Virus record (IMG/VR): IMGVR_UViG_3300047440_000139
Span: 624-64,623 of that record
DNA length: 64,000 nt
Reading direction: 5' to 3' (one strand)
Source: a virus
Lineage: Duplodnaviria; Caudoviricetes
This document shows, piece after piece, positions 62,851-64,000 of this stretch (within the stretch, counting starts at the first letter, position 1; each line of letters begins with the position of its first letter). The translations under genes were made by a program, and so were the position numbers. A model generated the notes under the pieces. It was not told the DNA's origin and searched no databases. It saw only the letters and a list, made by a program, of their open reading frames with translations.

Positions 62851-63813
62851 TCACTTGTCGACGAGGGCGATGGTCCAGGCTTCCGGCTTGAGCATCTTCT
62901 TGCCGAAGACGTTCAGGCCGCGCACCAGCTGCCCGAAGTCGTTCGGGTTCTGCAGGCTCTCGGTCTTGGTGATCTGGGCGGCGAAGCTCAGGGCCGAGGA
63001 GTGGCCAGCGATCAGCACCCGGCGCTTGAGCGCGCCCGCGTTGGGCGTCCCGTCGGGGTTGAACCCGGCGGCGGCCTTCGGCAGCTGGTTCGACAGGTAG
63101 ATCGTGAACCGGTCGATCATGCCCAGCTTGCCGTTGCGCAGGATGCTCTTGTCGTCGCCGGTCAGGTAAGCCTGCTGCAGCGGCGACTGCATCAGGCGCA
63201 GCCGGGTGGCCGGGTCGATGACGATCCAGCGGTCGGTGTCGGGCACGTTCTGCTCGTCGAGCACCGAGGCCATGCCCAGGATGACGTCGAGGATTTTCGA
63301 CGGCGCGGTGGACAGGTCGACCGGCGCGGTGTCGGAGCCGAGGACGATGGCGCTGGAGATCACGCCAGCGGTGTTGCCCTTATTGGCGGCGGCGCCGTTG
63401 TTGTATTCCTCCAGCAGGATCAGGCGGTCGATCGAGATCGCCATCTGCTTGGTGGCGTCGTCGGTGAACATGCCCATCAGGTTGGGCTTGGCCTGATACT
63501 CCAGCACGTCGCTGACGTTGATGCCGAAATACTTCGCGCGGTCGATGGTCAGTTCGACCGTGTTCGGCACCGGCACCTGATAGTTCAGGTTCTGGCCGAT
63601 CGTGTAGTCCGAGATCGAGATCGACGGGATGTTGTTGATGATGATGCTGTCGCCCATCCCCTTGATCTCGCCCTCGTAGGAGGTGTTGGCGATCTCACCG
63701 AAGATGGTCGTCAGGTAGAACTTGACGTTCAGCTTGCCGGACCACAGCTGCGGAATGAACGTCCGCGAATAGGCCGGGGTCGTAGCGAACGGAGGTTGGA
63801 CGGGCACGGGCAT
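62851..63813 (-). CDS. Major capsid protein
   Basis: FIPQLWSGKL, N..YEGEI...GD, LTIDRAKYF, NVP..DRW.V..P, RGLNVFG; follows the scaffold gene. Confidence 0.88.
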   Translation of the reverse strand: MPVPVQPPFATTPAYSRTFIPQLWSGKLNVKFYLTTIFGEIANTSYEGEIKGMGDSIIINNIPSISISDYTIGQNLNYQVPVPNTVELTIDRAKYFGINVSDVLEYQAKPNLMGMFTDDATKQMAISIDRLILLEEYNNGAAANKGNTAGVISSAIVLGSDTAPVDLSTAPSKILDVILGMASVLDEQNVPDTDRWIVIDPATRLRLMQSPLQQAYLTGDDKSILRNGKLGMIDRFTIYLSNQLPKAAAGFNPDGTPNAGALKRRVLIAGHSSALSFAAQITKTESLQNPNDFGQLVRGLNVFGKKMLKPEAWTIALVDK

Positions 63814-63826
63814 GGGGGTCGCTCAC

Positions 63827-63857
63827 GCTGGAGGGGGGTGAAGCTCCCCCCTCCAGC
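63827..63857 (-). promoter_or_regulatory. 12-bp hairpin upstream of the capsid gene
   Basis: GCTGGAGGGGGG-TGAAGCT-CCCCCCTCCAGC, 13 nt from the ATG. Confidence 0.55.
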
Positions 63858-63863
63858 CGCCCG

Positions 63864-64000
63864 CTAACGGACGCGACCTTCGGCGAGAGCCTTGTCGATG
63901 TCGGCTTCGATGCGCGCGACGTCCTCCTTGCGACCCCGGTAGTCCCCTCGGGCGACGTCCTTGTATAAGGTGTCCATCTCGGCGATGGACCAGACCTTCT
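63864..64000 (-). CDS. Putative scaffolding protein, C-terminal part (truncated)
   Basis: Manual translation KVWSIAEMDTLYKDVARGDYRGRKEDVARIEADIDKALAEGRVR-stop, directly upstream of the MCP gene. Confidence 0.7.
   Translation of the reverse strand, partial: KVWSIAEMDTLYKDVARGDYRGRKEDVARIEADIDKALAEGRVR

Overview
The window is a high-GC tailed-phage genome, probably almost complete and circularly permuted: the minus-strand ORF cut at position 1 and the one cut at 64000 look like the N- and C-termini of one scaffolding protein. Packaging and virion genes lie on the minus strand (1-6.3 kb and 39.2-64 kb). They include portal, TerL, a TerS-like gene, major capsid, adaptors, several tail fibres, a nozzle-like protein, ejection proteins and a 2867-aa polyvalent protein with lytic-transglycosylase-like, L,D-transpeptidase-like, HExxH and PLxRFG modules. 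Early and replication genes lie on the plus strand (6.7-39.2 kb): many small ORFs, a KGG protein, a PEPxxWA-CTERM protein, an M28-like peptidase, a MoxR/VWA module, family A DNA polymerase, nucleases, an SNF2 helicase and a primase-helicase. An alphaproteobacterial host is inferred from the PEPxxWA-CTERM gene and the GC content. The most striking unexplained structure is an 18-bp palindrome, GTTTACCCCGGGGTAAAC, seen 12 times and only in the plus-strand arm. It mostly sits at gene junctions, 17-24 nt before a start codon. Two copies mark the exact 3' end of extensively base-paired, G-U-rich putative ncRNAs (about 150 and 320 nt), and a third structured RNA precedes the polymerase cluster. No integrase or endolysin was recognised. 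All calls come from manual reading; no searches or folding programs were run.
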